Positions 33,999 to 42,851 of a DNA stretch of 64,000 bases are shown piece by piece. The stretch comes from an uncultured Porphyromonadaceae bacterium (GTDB lineage: Bacteria > Bacteroidota > Bacteroidia > Bacteroidales > Muribaculaceae). A program made the translations under genes and the position numbers. Under the pieces are notes generated by a model. It was not told the DNA's origin. It saw only the letters and a list, made by a program, of their open reading frames with translations, and did no database searches. Position 1 is the stretch's first letter; every line of letters starts with the position of its first letter. The stretch covers positions 6,428 through 70,427 of the forward strand of contig CAMWLC010000004.1 of NCBI GenBank assembly GCA_947174995.1, in the 5' to 3' direction.

Positions 33999-34193
33999 AT
34001 GTAAGTGTTCAAATTTAATTTATACAATATGCGAGTTTATTTTTTAGCTGATTTCAGTGCGGAGGAAAGGAGCATAGCGAGCTATGCGACTGAGCGACAA
34101 GCTGAAAGCGGCAAAAAAGAAGCCGCAGATTGTATAAAAGATCAAGTGAGCATTTACTTTTGATTATATCGTTTAAATTTGAACACTTACTTA
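33998..34193. mobile_element. TIR element, copy C (196 bp, same orientation as B)
   Basis: TATGTAAGTGTTCAAATTTAA ... TTTAAATTTGAACACTTACTTA. Relative to B, the interior carries several substitutions and a 1-nt indel. Confidence 0.85.
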
Positions 34194-34214
34194 ATATTGC
34201 TTTTGGAAGTTGAA

Positions 34215-35291
34215 TTATCGGATGACTACCTTGGTGGCTTTACAGTCGGCGACACGGATGAAGATACCGGCGGAGGGGTTGTTGACTTTCACACCCTGGA
34301 GGGAGTAGTAAGCCACGGGAGTCTCGGCGGCACCTACTGACGAGATGCCGGTGGAGTTGCTCTGCGCGAGATATGTGAGGATGTTTCCGGTGAGCTTCTC
34401 GAGATTGGAGTGGAAAGCATTGTTCTCTGTCCGGGGAGCCCATTCGCAGGCGGCGAGACCGTTGGCCACTATTCTGCCTTTGATCTCGGTGGTAGGGTTG
34501 AAGTCTACCAGACCGGCCACACAGTAGTCCTGCACGTGGCCCCAGGTGCCGATGACGGTGCAGTCAAACTGGCTCTCGAACTTCTCGAGGGTGTTCTTTC
34601 CCTCGGTGGTGTAGGAGTATGCGTTGAGGTCCCACATGCAGTTGTGGTCTTCACGATGGATGGCGGTGCCATCGGCAGTGCCCTCCATGGGGAAGCTCTC
34701 GTGGGGGTATCCCGTCTTTTCAGGAGCGATAGTCTCCAGACCTGCGTATGCGGGATGGTTGCGGCGGTCATATACCTGCGTCAGGTCGGGTTCGGCGGCA
34801 TTGAACTGCATGGAGCCGAAAAGTGCGTTGACTGTCCAGATGTCAGTGCCCCGGCCTCCGTCGCCGTCACCGAAAATGCCGGGAGCATAGTTCTCGGGAA
34901 GGCGGCCGAGAGCCGATACGAGCTGGGTGGCGTGTTTGGAGAGATAGAGGGAGCCGCCATCCTTGATATAGTTGGTGAGGGCCTCCTTTACGGCCGCGCC
35001 GGCCATTTCCTCGGGAAGACGGTCGGCTCCGTGACCGATGCCGATACGGTCGATATGGATCCAGAGCGCGTCCAGATCGGCGGCATTGATTTTCTCAATG
35101 GAGGAAAGGGTGATGAGCGCGCCCTCGGGAAACGCGCTTGTGAACCATGCTGCCGCGGCGGCCTCCTGCGCGTTGGCGGCGGACATATCGTCATGGCCTA
35201 CGAGCATACCCACCTTTTCGGCGGAAGCGTTCATCGGGAGAGAAGCCATCATAGCGGTGGCGGCAAGTGTGAGGGAAGTAAAGATTTTCAT
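34215..35291 (-). CDS. DUF4960-like secreted protein with T9SS CTD
   Basis: 358 aa with a signal peptide. The blocks DALWIHIDRIG, GGSLYLSKHATQ, REDHNCMW, TWGH and ANGLAA are shared with two modules of the GH32-like protein. The CTD is YYSLQGVKVNNPSAGIFIRVADCKATKVVIR. Confidence 0.6.
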   Translation of the reverse strand: MKIFTSLTLAATAMMASLPMNASAEKVGMLVGHDDMSAANAQEAAAAAWFTSAFPEGALITLSSIEKINAADLDALWIHIDRIGIGHGADRLPEEMAGAAVKEALTNYIKDGGSLYLSKHATQLVSALGRLPENYAPGIFGDGDGGRGTDIWTVNALFGSMQFNAAEPDLTQVYDRRNHPAYAGLETIAPEKTGYPHESFPMEGTADGTAIHREDHNCMWDLNAYSYTTEGKNTLEKFESQFDCTVIGTWGHVQDYCVAGLVDFNPTTEIKGRIVANGLAACEWAPRTENNAFHSNLEKLTGNILTYLAQSNSTGISSVGAAETPVAYYSLQGVKVNNPSAGIFIRVADCKATKVVIR

Positions 35292-35476
35292 GTCAGTGAA
35301 GTTAAAAAATTTGAAAAGTGTTGCGGAAAAGATTCCGGCGGCAAAATTAGAGTCGGATTATCGCAACGCCTTTCATTTCACTGACATATACTTGACAAAT
35401 CATTATTTTGAAAGGAAATGTCAGAATATAGCAAATACATGCCCCCAACTCATGAAATTTCAGAGCCTCCGGGGCC

Positions 35477-38254
35477 TCAGTCTTTCCGGATTGAATTGCG
35501 CAGTTCCGAGGGTGAGGTGCCATAGCAGTCGCGGAAGCACTTGGAGAGATATGCCGGGGAGGAGAAGCCCGATTCGTAGGCGATTTCGCTGATGCTGCGG
35601 TCAGTGGTGAGGAGCAGTTCGCGGGCCATCTTGAGCCGGAGATTGCGGAGTATCTCCGAAGCCGTGAGTCCCGTGAGGGCCTTCAGTTTCCTTGACATCT
35701 GCGCCGGACCGAGACCGAGGCGCGAGGCGATCTCCTCCAGGCTCGCGGATGAATCCGATATCCTTGCCTTTGCCTCCTTGAGAAAAGCTCTGTAAAACTC
35801 GCTCTCCAGGCTTCCGGCATCGTTGATGTCTATATCCTTTCCGGCGATGCGGTCACCGGAGGGTTGTCTCACCGACTCTTCGTCATATAACTCCCGGATA
35901 CGACGCCTGTTTTCGAGCAGATTCCGACATCGTGCCGTGAGCAGCTCGTGGCTGAAGGGCTTGGTGATATATCCGTCGGCACCGGAATCGTAACTCTCCA
36001 CGCGTTGTTCCTCAAGCTGGCAGGCTGTCAGCATAAGCACGGGAATGTGGGAGGTGGAGACCTCCTTTTTCAGGGCCGCGCAACACTCCAGACCATCCAT
36101 GCGGGGCATCATCAGGTCGCATATTATAAGGTCGGGCACATATCTTGTGGCCAACCCGAGAGCTTTGCGTCCATCAGAGGCCTTTATCACATTATATTCA
36201 TTGCCGAGAATATTGCCCACAAGACTGAGAATGTCGGGATTATCGTCAATTGCGAGCACAATGGGCTTGTCGGCGTCGAAAGTGGCGCCACCGCTTTCGG
36301 GGGGTGTAAAAATCACATCCACATCATCATTGTCCGGTTTCACCTCCGGAGTCTGTTCCTCATCCGAAACATGAATCACGGGGATCGTGACCGTAAACCG
36401 CGAGCCCTTGCCGGGAGTACTTTCCACGGAAATTCCGCCGCCGTGCATCTCTGCGAAGGCCCGCGCGAGGGCGAGTCCGATGCCCGAACCCTTGGGATTC
36501 ACGCGGTCCACCTGATAGAACCGCTCGAAAATCTTCTCCAGTTCGCCGGCCGCTATGCCGCTGCCGGTATCCTCTATGGAGAAAATGAAATTTTCCGGAG
36601 TCTGCCTGCACTCCAGCGTGATACATCCATGGCTCGGAGTGAACTTGAAGGCATTTGACATCAGATTGAAGAATATTCTTTCGATTTTCTCCACATCTAC
36701 AGCCATCCTGAAGTCCGAGGGTGTGCCGAAATCAGCTGAAAAACCTATATCACGTTTTCCCGCAACATTCAGGAATGAATCGGCCCACTCGCGGAAGAGA
36801 GACTGCATGTTTACCTCGGTGAGATGTAACTCGGATCTGCCGTTCTCATATTTCCTGAAATCCAGAATCTGGTCTATCATACGGCGCAGGATTCTGACAT
36901 TCCTGACGGCTATCTTCATCAGCCCGCGGTCGGTCTGGCTCAGGTTGCGGCTTTCGGCCAGACGCTCCACAGGTTCCGCAATCAGCGTGAGAGGAGTGCG
37001 CAGGTCGTGTGACACGTTGGTGAAAAACACGAGCTTCGACTTCGTGGCCTCGTCAAGAGCCTTGTAGAGGGCATCCTGCTTGTCGCGTTCCTCCGAGAGT
37101 TGCGCGTTTTTGGCGGTCAGAATGTTCTGATACTTGGTGCGTTGGCGAATGACTCTGACAGCCATGAAAATCGCTGCTCCGAGGAGCAGGGCTATTGCCA
37201 CGATGGAGTAGAGGAAGTAAGACTGTGCCCTGTGGCGCGACCAGATGTCGTCATACTTGGACTGGAGCAGGCGTATCTTGTTGGTCTCATCGTCAAGCAG
37301 ACGGTATTGCCTCAGCATTATATCGGCATTGTTGGAATCCACCGGGGGGAGGGCAGGACTGATCTGCACCTTGTCAAACGGACGATTCTGAAGGATGTCA
37401 AGGGCCGTTTTCACGAGACGATGGCCGTCTGTAGGATATATGAATGTTGCGTCTATAACGGAATCTGCCACTGCCTTGATGCCCAGGGCCGGAGCGGCAT
37501 CCGTGCCGAGCACCATCACATCCTCGCGTCCTGCTTTTTTCAGAGCCTTGGCCGCCCCGATGGCCATTAGGTCGTTATGAGCATATATGAGGCGGATATC
37601 CGGGTGTTTGCGTATAAGCGAATCGGCCACTCTCCCGGCGGGCACTTCCTTCCATCGTGCCGACACGGATGCCACATTGTGAAGTGCGGGAAAATCGGCA
37701 AGACGCGACACGAAGCCCTTGTGACGCAGAGCGGCCGGCGTAGAGCCCTCAAGACCTGTGATTTCAGCTATTGTCCCTCCTCCGTGAAGATGAGAGGCTG
37801 CATACTCGGCAGCCGTGCGTCCGATACCCTCGTTGTCAAACTCTATGAAAGCCGTGAAATCATCTCCCGTCACTCCTCTGTCGAATACGATCACCGGGAT
37901 ACCCTTGCGGTAGGCCTTGCTGAGCACCGGAGTCAGGGCCTCGGCCTGGTTTGGCGCGGCTATTATGACGTCCACGCCCTCTTCTATGAAATGTTCGATG
38001 TCGGCTATCTGACGGGCGTTGTCGTCATCGGCTGTGCGTATCTCCACATCAACCTCTGGATGAAACAGCACCTCGCGGTAGATCTCATCGTTCATCTTGG
38101 TGCGCCAGATGTCGTCGCTGCACTGCGACACCCCGATGCGCCAGGTGGCCTCTTTCTTTTCGCTGCATCCCCCGGATAATATAATGACCGACATCAGGAG
38201 CAAACCGGAAAAGAGATATGTGAGAGTCCCGAAGCCGAATGATTGCCGTTGCAT
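35477..38254 (-). CDS. Hybrid two-component system sensor/regulator (periplasmic sugar-binding domain, HisKA/HATPase, receiver, AraC HTH)
   Basis: 925 aa. The N-terminal type-I periplasmic-binding fold (WRIGVSQCSDDIWR..., IPVIVFDRG) is followed by a TM segment. Next come the H-box (FFTNVSHDLRTPLT), the G-boxes and the receiver (ILAIDDNPD...DLMMPRMDG). The C-terminus is an AraC HTH. The architecture matches the B. thetaiotaomicron fructose sensor BT1754. Confidence 0.8.
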   Translation of the reverse strand: MQRQSFGFGTLTYLFSGLLLMSVIILSGGCSEKKEATWRIGVSQCSDDIWRTKMNDEIYREVLFHPEVDVEIRTADDDNARQIADIEHFIEEGVDVIIAAPNQAEALTPVLSKAYRKGIPVIVFDRGVTGDDFTAFIEFDNEGIGRTAAEYAASHLHGGGTIAEITGLEGSTPAALRHKGFVSRLADFPALHNVASVSARWKEVPAGRVADSLIRKHPDIRLIYAHNDLMAIGAAKALKKAGREDVMVLGTDAAPALGIKAVADSVIDATFIYPTDGHRLVKTALDILQNRPFDKVQISPALPPVDSNNADIMLRQYRLLDDETNKIRLLQSKYDDIWSRHRAQSYFLYSIVAIALLLGAAIFMAVRVIRQRTKYQNILTAKNAQLSEERDKQDALYKALDEATKSKLVFFTNVSHDLRTPLTLIAEPVERLAESRNLSQTDRGLMKIAVRNVRILRRMIDQILDFRKYENGRSELHLTEVNMQSLFREWADSFLNVAGKRDIGFSADFGTPSDFRMAVDVEKIERIFFNLMSNAFKFTPSHGCITLECRQTPENFIFSIEDTGSGIAAGELEKIFERFYQVDRVNPKGSGIGLALARAFAEMHGGGISVESTPGKGSRFTVTIPVIHVSDEEQTPEVKPDNDDVDVIFTPPESGGATFDADKPIVLAIDDNPDILSLVGNILGNEYNVIKASDGRKALGLATRYVPDLIICDLMMPRMDGLECCAALKKEVSTSHIPVLMLTACQLEEQRVESYDSGADGYITKPFSHELLTARCRNLLENRRRIRELYDEESVRQPSGDRIAGKDIDINDAGSLESEFYRAFLKEAKARISDSSASLEEIASRLGLGPAQMSRKLKALTGLTASEILRNLRLKMARELLLTTDRSISEIAYESGFSSPAYLSKCFRDCYGTSPSELRNSIRKD

Positions 38255-38434
38255 TGGTGTAATTATTATGTGGTCATTAATTTTTCAGAGCTACTTAAGA
38301 ACTACTTATTCATTTCGGTGCAAAAATAAACCATACTCTTTTGAAATACAAATAATTGCTTTCAATATGCCGACAACTCCACAAATGTGATACAAAATGC
38401 ACGATTTTTGATACTCCCCTCCAGGCCGCCTCTC

Positions 38435-38442
38435 TACTTTTG
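38435..38442 (+). promoter_or_regulatory. -7 box (TACTTTTG) upstream of the GH32-like gene
   Basis: Matches TAnnTTTG, 92 nt upstream of the ATG at 38534. Its position argues against the 38387 start of the track ORF. Confidence 0.4.
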
Positions 38443-38533
38443 CATCGCCGTCCTCCCCGGCATAGTCATTCAACGGGCTTTCCCTCCGGAATGGAGACGA
38501 CGGACAGAAACGAAAACCAACAACCAAAAAATA

Positions 38534-41500
38534 ATGCTTTTTTCTATGACCGACAACATGACAAAACTCTGTATGGCCGCCCTGCTTACGGCAGCCGGAC
38601 ATACGGCGGCGGTCCATGCGGATCGTGTGGCATGGTTTCCCATGGATGTGCAGTCAGGGCTTAACGAGAGAGTCTCGGGAGGCCACTGGGACATCCAGGG
38701 CAACTTCGCGCCTATGCAGATTTCGCTTGACGCATCCCGTCCGGCCTGGCGCACGGACGGATATACATCGAAAGCCGTGGCTCATCTGGGCAATCTGGTG
38801 GATGGCTCCGAGATGAGCGCCACCGTCTGGGTGGCTCCCGACACATATCCCATCATCGTGCATGAGCATCCTACGGAGGAGAAGAGCGAAATTGTCAGCT
38901 GCCTGACCGACAACTCCGGATTCGGATTCTTCCTCGGACGCACCGGACATTATTCCTTCGTGACATACGTCGGAGGCGTGCGTGTGGAGGTGGAGTCAGA
39001 CCGGCTGCTTCCCCTTTGGGAGTGGACCTGCCTCTCCGGCGTGGTGTCAGACGGCAAGGTGCGCCTCTATGCAGGAAAGACCCTCGTCGGCGAGGCCGAC
39101 GCTCCCGGCAATGTGCGGGTAGCCGACAGCGAACTCTTCATCGCACGCCGCAATGACGGCGGCGACTGGCCCGGCGTGAATGTGCGTACATTCAACGGCG
39201 GCATCGGCGAAATCGCAGTTTACAGCAATGCTATCGGCGTCGACGAGATGGAGGACACCATGCCCGCGCTCCTCAATCTTCCCGCCGACCATTATAAAGG
39301 CAACCGCATGCGTGCCGGTTTTCACGGTCAGCCCGAGATGAACTGGACCAACGAGACCCACGGACTCATATACAGCGGTGGGCTCTATCACCTCTTCTTC
39401 CAGAAGACCGGCTCAGCGCCCGTGATGACACATCAACACTGGGGCCACATCGTGTCGGAAGACCTCATGCACTGGCGCGACACCCGACCCGCTCTCGCTC
39501 CCGGAGAGAGCTATGACATCAAGGGATGCTGGAGCGGCTGCGTGGCCATCGATCGGGCCCTCAACGGAGGCGCTCCCACCATTTTCTACACCGGTGTGGA
39601 CTACGCGCAGCCCTATCTCGCCATGGCCACCGCCACGGACGCTACACTCGCCAATTGGGAGAAATCGGCATCCAATCCCATCGTCACTCTCAAAGATGGT
39701 GCCGAGTCTCACTTCCGCGACTGCTTCTATTTCAAGGGAGACGACGGATGCTGCTATATGATCACCGGCACTTCCAAAGATGGACGCGCCGCCACTATGC
39801 TCCACCGTCTCGATGGCGACTCATGGACCGACCTCGGTTACAGCTGGGTATCGGAGGACGCAGGTGTAGATGGGAACTTTGCGGAAATGCCCAACCTCGT
39901 CAAACTCGGCGACAAGTGGATGATGACCACCACAGCACTCGGTTCCGATCAGGGTGTCGTATGCCGCTATCGCCTGGGTTCGCTTGACGGCGGACGTTTC
40001 GTGCCGGACGAAGCATACCGTCTGCCCCGCAAGGTGGACATCCTCGCGGAGCGCGGATTCGGACTCATGTCTCCCTCTCCCTCTGTGGATGCTTCGGGCA
40101 ATGTGATCGCCATGGGTATTGTGGCCGACAAGCTCCCCACCCATTATAACCTTTCCAACGGATTCGCGCATCTTTACAGCCTCCCGCGCGTGTGGACGCT
40201 CAGCGACGGCGAACTCGCCCAGGCTCCGCATCCCATGACGGAGACTCTGCGTGCCGAAGATGCCTTCGGCCAGTATCATGCAGCCGACGTAGCTCTCAAC
40301 GGCACTCTCAGCCTGGAGAACGTGCGTGGACGCGCCGCCGAAATCGACGCCCGCTTCACGGTAGGCACTTCCACCTTCGGCATCAACTTCTTCAAGAACG
40401 CCAAGGGTCGCCAGGCCACGCTTTCCTATAATCCCGCCACCCATGAACTCGCCGTTGACTTCGGCGGCATCAAGCGCTGGGGCCAGGATGAGGGAAATCC
40501 CAACCGTTTCTCCGCCATCATTCCCGCTGACCGCGCGCCGCGCGAGGGTGAGGAATTCCGCCTCCATCTTTTCCTTGACCGCTCCATCCTCGACATCTTT
40601 GCCGGAGACCGCTATGCAGCTTCCGTGAGAGTGTTCTGCGAGGATGATGAAGCCGACAACATCGAGCTTTTCGCCGACGGCCTCACCACTGTGGCGAGTG
40701 TTGATGCATATCTCATGGATGGTGGTGACCACACCGCAGAGCCTGTCGCTCCCAAGGAGTTCCAACTCCCGGCCAACAACGGCAAGGTGGCCTTCCTCAA
40801 GAGCAGCCTCGGCGTGAGTCAGCAGGAACAGGCCGCGCTTGATTTCTTCCGGCGCACCAATCCCAAAGGCACGGTTTTTGAAACTTCCGACCTCTCCGGC
40901 CTGAACACCAAGAAGATCGACTGCCTCTGGATCCACATCGACCGCATGGGTCTTGAACATGGTTGGGAGCATCTCCCTGCGGAGTTCGTGGCTCCCGAGG
41001 TTGTGGAGGCCGTGCAGAACTATCTCGAAGCCGGAGGCAACATCTACCTCACCTCACACGCCACGCAGTATGCCGTGGCAATCGGCCGACTCAACTCCCA
41101 CTACGCACCCAATGAGATAGCCACCGGCGAAGGTGGCCACGGCACCGACTCCTGGACCGTCAACCCCCGCATCATGCAGAGGTATGACCACTCCTCCCAC
41201 GCTATCTACAATGACCTGGAAGAGTGTGACATCTTTGAATGGAACGAAGGCACCTTCGGCCTTCTCTACGGCGGCGGCGCCAACATACATCGCGAAGACC
41301 ACAACTGCATGTGGCGTCTACGAGACTTCCACTTCAGCTCCGAGGGAGACAACCGCATAGAGCAGTTCGAGAACGCTACCCACTCCCGGGTGATCGGTAC
41401 ATGGGGCCAGGACAACTCCGACGAATTTGCCGGCATCATCGAGTTCTATCCCATGCAGAACGCCGACCATGAATACGGAGGCACCATTATAGCCAACGGT

Positions 41501-42664
41501 CTCGCCGCCTGCCAGTGGTATGTGGAGGGTGAGAACGCCTACGAGCAGAACCTCCAGCTCCTCACCGCCAACACATTCACATATCTCGCCAATCCCAACA
41601 AGGAGGAGCAGCCCGAAAATCCCGGCGGCGGTGAATACGTTGAGCCGGAAACCCCGGAAATCCCCGAATCCACAGGCAATGTGGCAATGTACATCGGTGC
41701 ATCCATGGCCGAGGTGATGAACAACGAGCAGGAATGGGGCGCTGTACAGCTCTTCCAGTCCCTCTATCCCGGAGCCACTGTCATCTATGGTCTCCCCGAG
41801 CTCATCAATGAATCGGAAACTCCCTACGATTGCCTCTGGGTACACGCTGAGCGCGACCACATCGGAGCCGGTTGGCAGAACGTGACCGGACTCAATGACG
41901 AGGCCACAATCAAAGCCCTGAGCGAGTATCTGAGCAACGGCGGAAACCTTTACCTCTCCAAGCATGCAGCCCAGCTCGTTGTGGCCCTCGGCCGCACGGA
42001 TGCAGCTCCGACCGAGTTCGGCAACACCGATCCGAACATCATCCTGGAGCGTCCCGACCATGATGAGTGGCAGGCCAACATCTACGCCAACGGCGAGGAC
42101 TGGTCAGAACACACCATCTTCTATCAGATTCCCTACATAGATGTGGAGCACGGCAAGGTGATCGACCTTCTCGGCAAGGGTGCAAGACACTATGACCGCA
42201 ACTGCATGTGGAAGCTCAACGACTTCGGCGGTCATGACGAGTTCTGTCGCAACCACAACGCCCGCGTGCTCGCCACATGGGGCCACAACGGCGGCCAGGC
42301 TTGGGGGGGCATCATAGAGTTCATGCCCCGCACAGGCACCATGAACCGCGCCATATCCCAGGATCGTGTTGAGGCTCGCAAGGGCACGGTAGTGGCCAAC
42401 GGCCTCGCAGCTTACCAAATAGCTCCTCTCCAGGGGTCCGTGAATCCCTATCAGGACAATATCAACAAGCTCACCTCCAATATCCTCGCCTATCTCTCGC
42501 CCGTGGCTGAGGAGGATCTGTCAACCGGTGTCGCCGGTGTTTCGACAGCCGAGGCTCCCGTGCGCTGGTTCACTCTCCAGGGAGTCGAGGTGGTTCGCCC
42601 GAGCGCAGCCGGCATCTACATCCGCGTCTGCGGCAAGGAGAGCCACAAGGTAATAGTGAAGTAA
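38534..42664 (+). CDS. Multidomain secreted GH32-like fructanase: LamG-like domain + GH32-like catalytic domain + 2 x DUF4960-like modules + T9SS CTD
   Basis: The start is taken at the first Met before the signal peptide (MTKLCMAALLTAAGHTAAVHA); 38546 or 38558 are also possible. GH32 blocks are LYHLFFQ, HWGHIVSEDLMHWRD, GCWSGCVAI, FRDC and AEMPNL. Two DUF4960-like modules lie at about 40785-41590 and 41680-42510. The CTD is RWFTLQGVEVVRPSAAGIYIRVCGKESHKVIVK. Confidence 0.75.
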   Translation: MLFSMTDNMTKLCMAALLTAAGHTAAVHADRVAWFPMDVQSGLNERVSGGHWDIQGNFAPMQISLDASRPAWRTDGYTSKAVAHLGNLVDGSEMSATVWVAPDTYPIIVHEHPTEEKSEIVSCLTDNSGFGFFLGRTGHYSFVTYVGGVRVEVESDRLLPLWEWTCLSGVVSDGKVRLYAGKTLVGEADAPGNVRVADSELFIARRNDGGDWPGVNVRTFNGGIGEIAVYSNAIGVDEMEDTMPALLNLPADHYKGNRMRAGFHGQPEMNWTNETHGLIYSGGLYHLFFQKTGSAPVMTHQHWGHIVSEDLMHWRDTRPALAPGESYDIKGCWSGCVAIDRALNGGAPTIFYTGVDYAQPYLAMATATDATLANWEKSASNPIVTLKDGAESHFRDCFYFKGDDGCCYMITGTSKDGRAATMLHRLDGDSWTDLGYSWVSEDAGVDGNFAEMPNLVKLGDKWMMTTTALGSDQGVVCRYRLGSLDGGRFVPDEAYRLPRKVDILAERGFGLMSPSPSVDASGNVIAMGIVADKLPTHYNLSNGFAHLYSLPRVWTLSDGELAQAPHPMTETLRAEDAFGQYHAADVALNGTLSLENVRGRAAEIDARFTVGTSTFGINFFKNAKGRQATLSYNPATHELAVDFGGIKRWGQDEGNPNRFSAIIPADRAPREGEEFRLHLFLDRSILDIFAGDRYAASVRVFCEDDEADNIELFADGLTTVASVDAYLMDGGDHTAEPVAPKEFQLPANNGKVAFLKSSLGVSQQEQAALDFFRRTNPKGTVFETSDLSGLNTKKIDCLWIHIDRMGLEHGWEHLPAEFVAPEVVEAVQNYLEAGGNIYLTSHATQYAVAIGRLNSHYAPNEIATGEGGHGTDSWTVNPRIMQRYDHSSHAIYNDLEECDIFEWNEGTFGLLYGGGANIHREDHNCMWRLRDFHFSSEGDNRIEQFENATHSRVIGTWGQDNSDEFAGIIEFYPMQNADHEYGGTIIANGLAACQWYVEGENAYEQNLQLLTANTFTYLANPNKEEQPENPGGGEYVEPETPEIPESTGNVAMYIGASMAEVMNNEQEWGAVQLFQSLYPGATVIYGLPELINESETPYDCLWVHAERDHIGAGWQNVTGLNDEATIKALSEYLSNGGNLYLSKHAAQLVVALGRTDAAPTEFGNTDPNIILERPDHDEWQANIYANGEDWSEHTIFYQIPYIDVEHGKVIDLLGKGARHYDRNCMWKLNDFGGHDEFCRNHNARVLATWGHNGGQAWGGIIEFMPRTGTMNRAISQDRVEARKGTVVANGLAAYQIAPLQGSVNPYQDNINKLTSNILAYLSPVAEEDLSTGVAGVSTAEAPVRWFTLQGVEVVRPSAAGIYIRVCGKESHKVIVK

Positions 42665-42717
42665 CGTCTGAAGTAGAGGAGGCATCCCTGCCTCCTTACT
42701 ACAATCTGTCGTACAGT

Positions 42718-42748
42718 TGAGGAGGCATCTTTGCCTCCTCACTTTTTT
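42718..42748 (+). terminator. Rho-independent terminator after the GH32-like gene
   Basis: TGAGGAGGC-ATCTTT-GCCTCCTCA followed by CTTTTTT. It is preceded by a second hairpin of the same family at 42677-42696. Confidence 0.8.
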
Positions 42749-42823
42749 ATAGACTGCACGCGATGTTTCCGTATTTGATTCTTATAACATCACCATGATA
42801 TTGCATTTCTCCGAACAAATAGT

Positions 42824-42831
42824 TAATTTTG
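42824..42831 (+). promoter_or_regulatory. -7 box (TAATTTTG) upstream of the AAA-ATPase/PD-(D/E)XK gene
   Basis: Matches TAnnTTTG, 21 nt upstream of the ATG at 42852. Confidence 0.4.
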
Positions 42832-42851
42832 TGGATTGACAACGACAGATT

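Noticed and set aside
38387-38533. Upstream start of the GH32-like ORF (49 extra residues)
   Set aside because: The extension precedes the signal peptide and contains the likely -7 promoter box (38435-38442). It has no membrane or secretion features.
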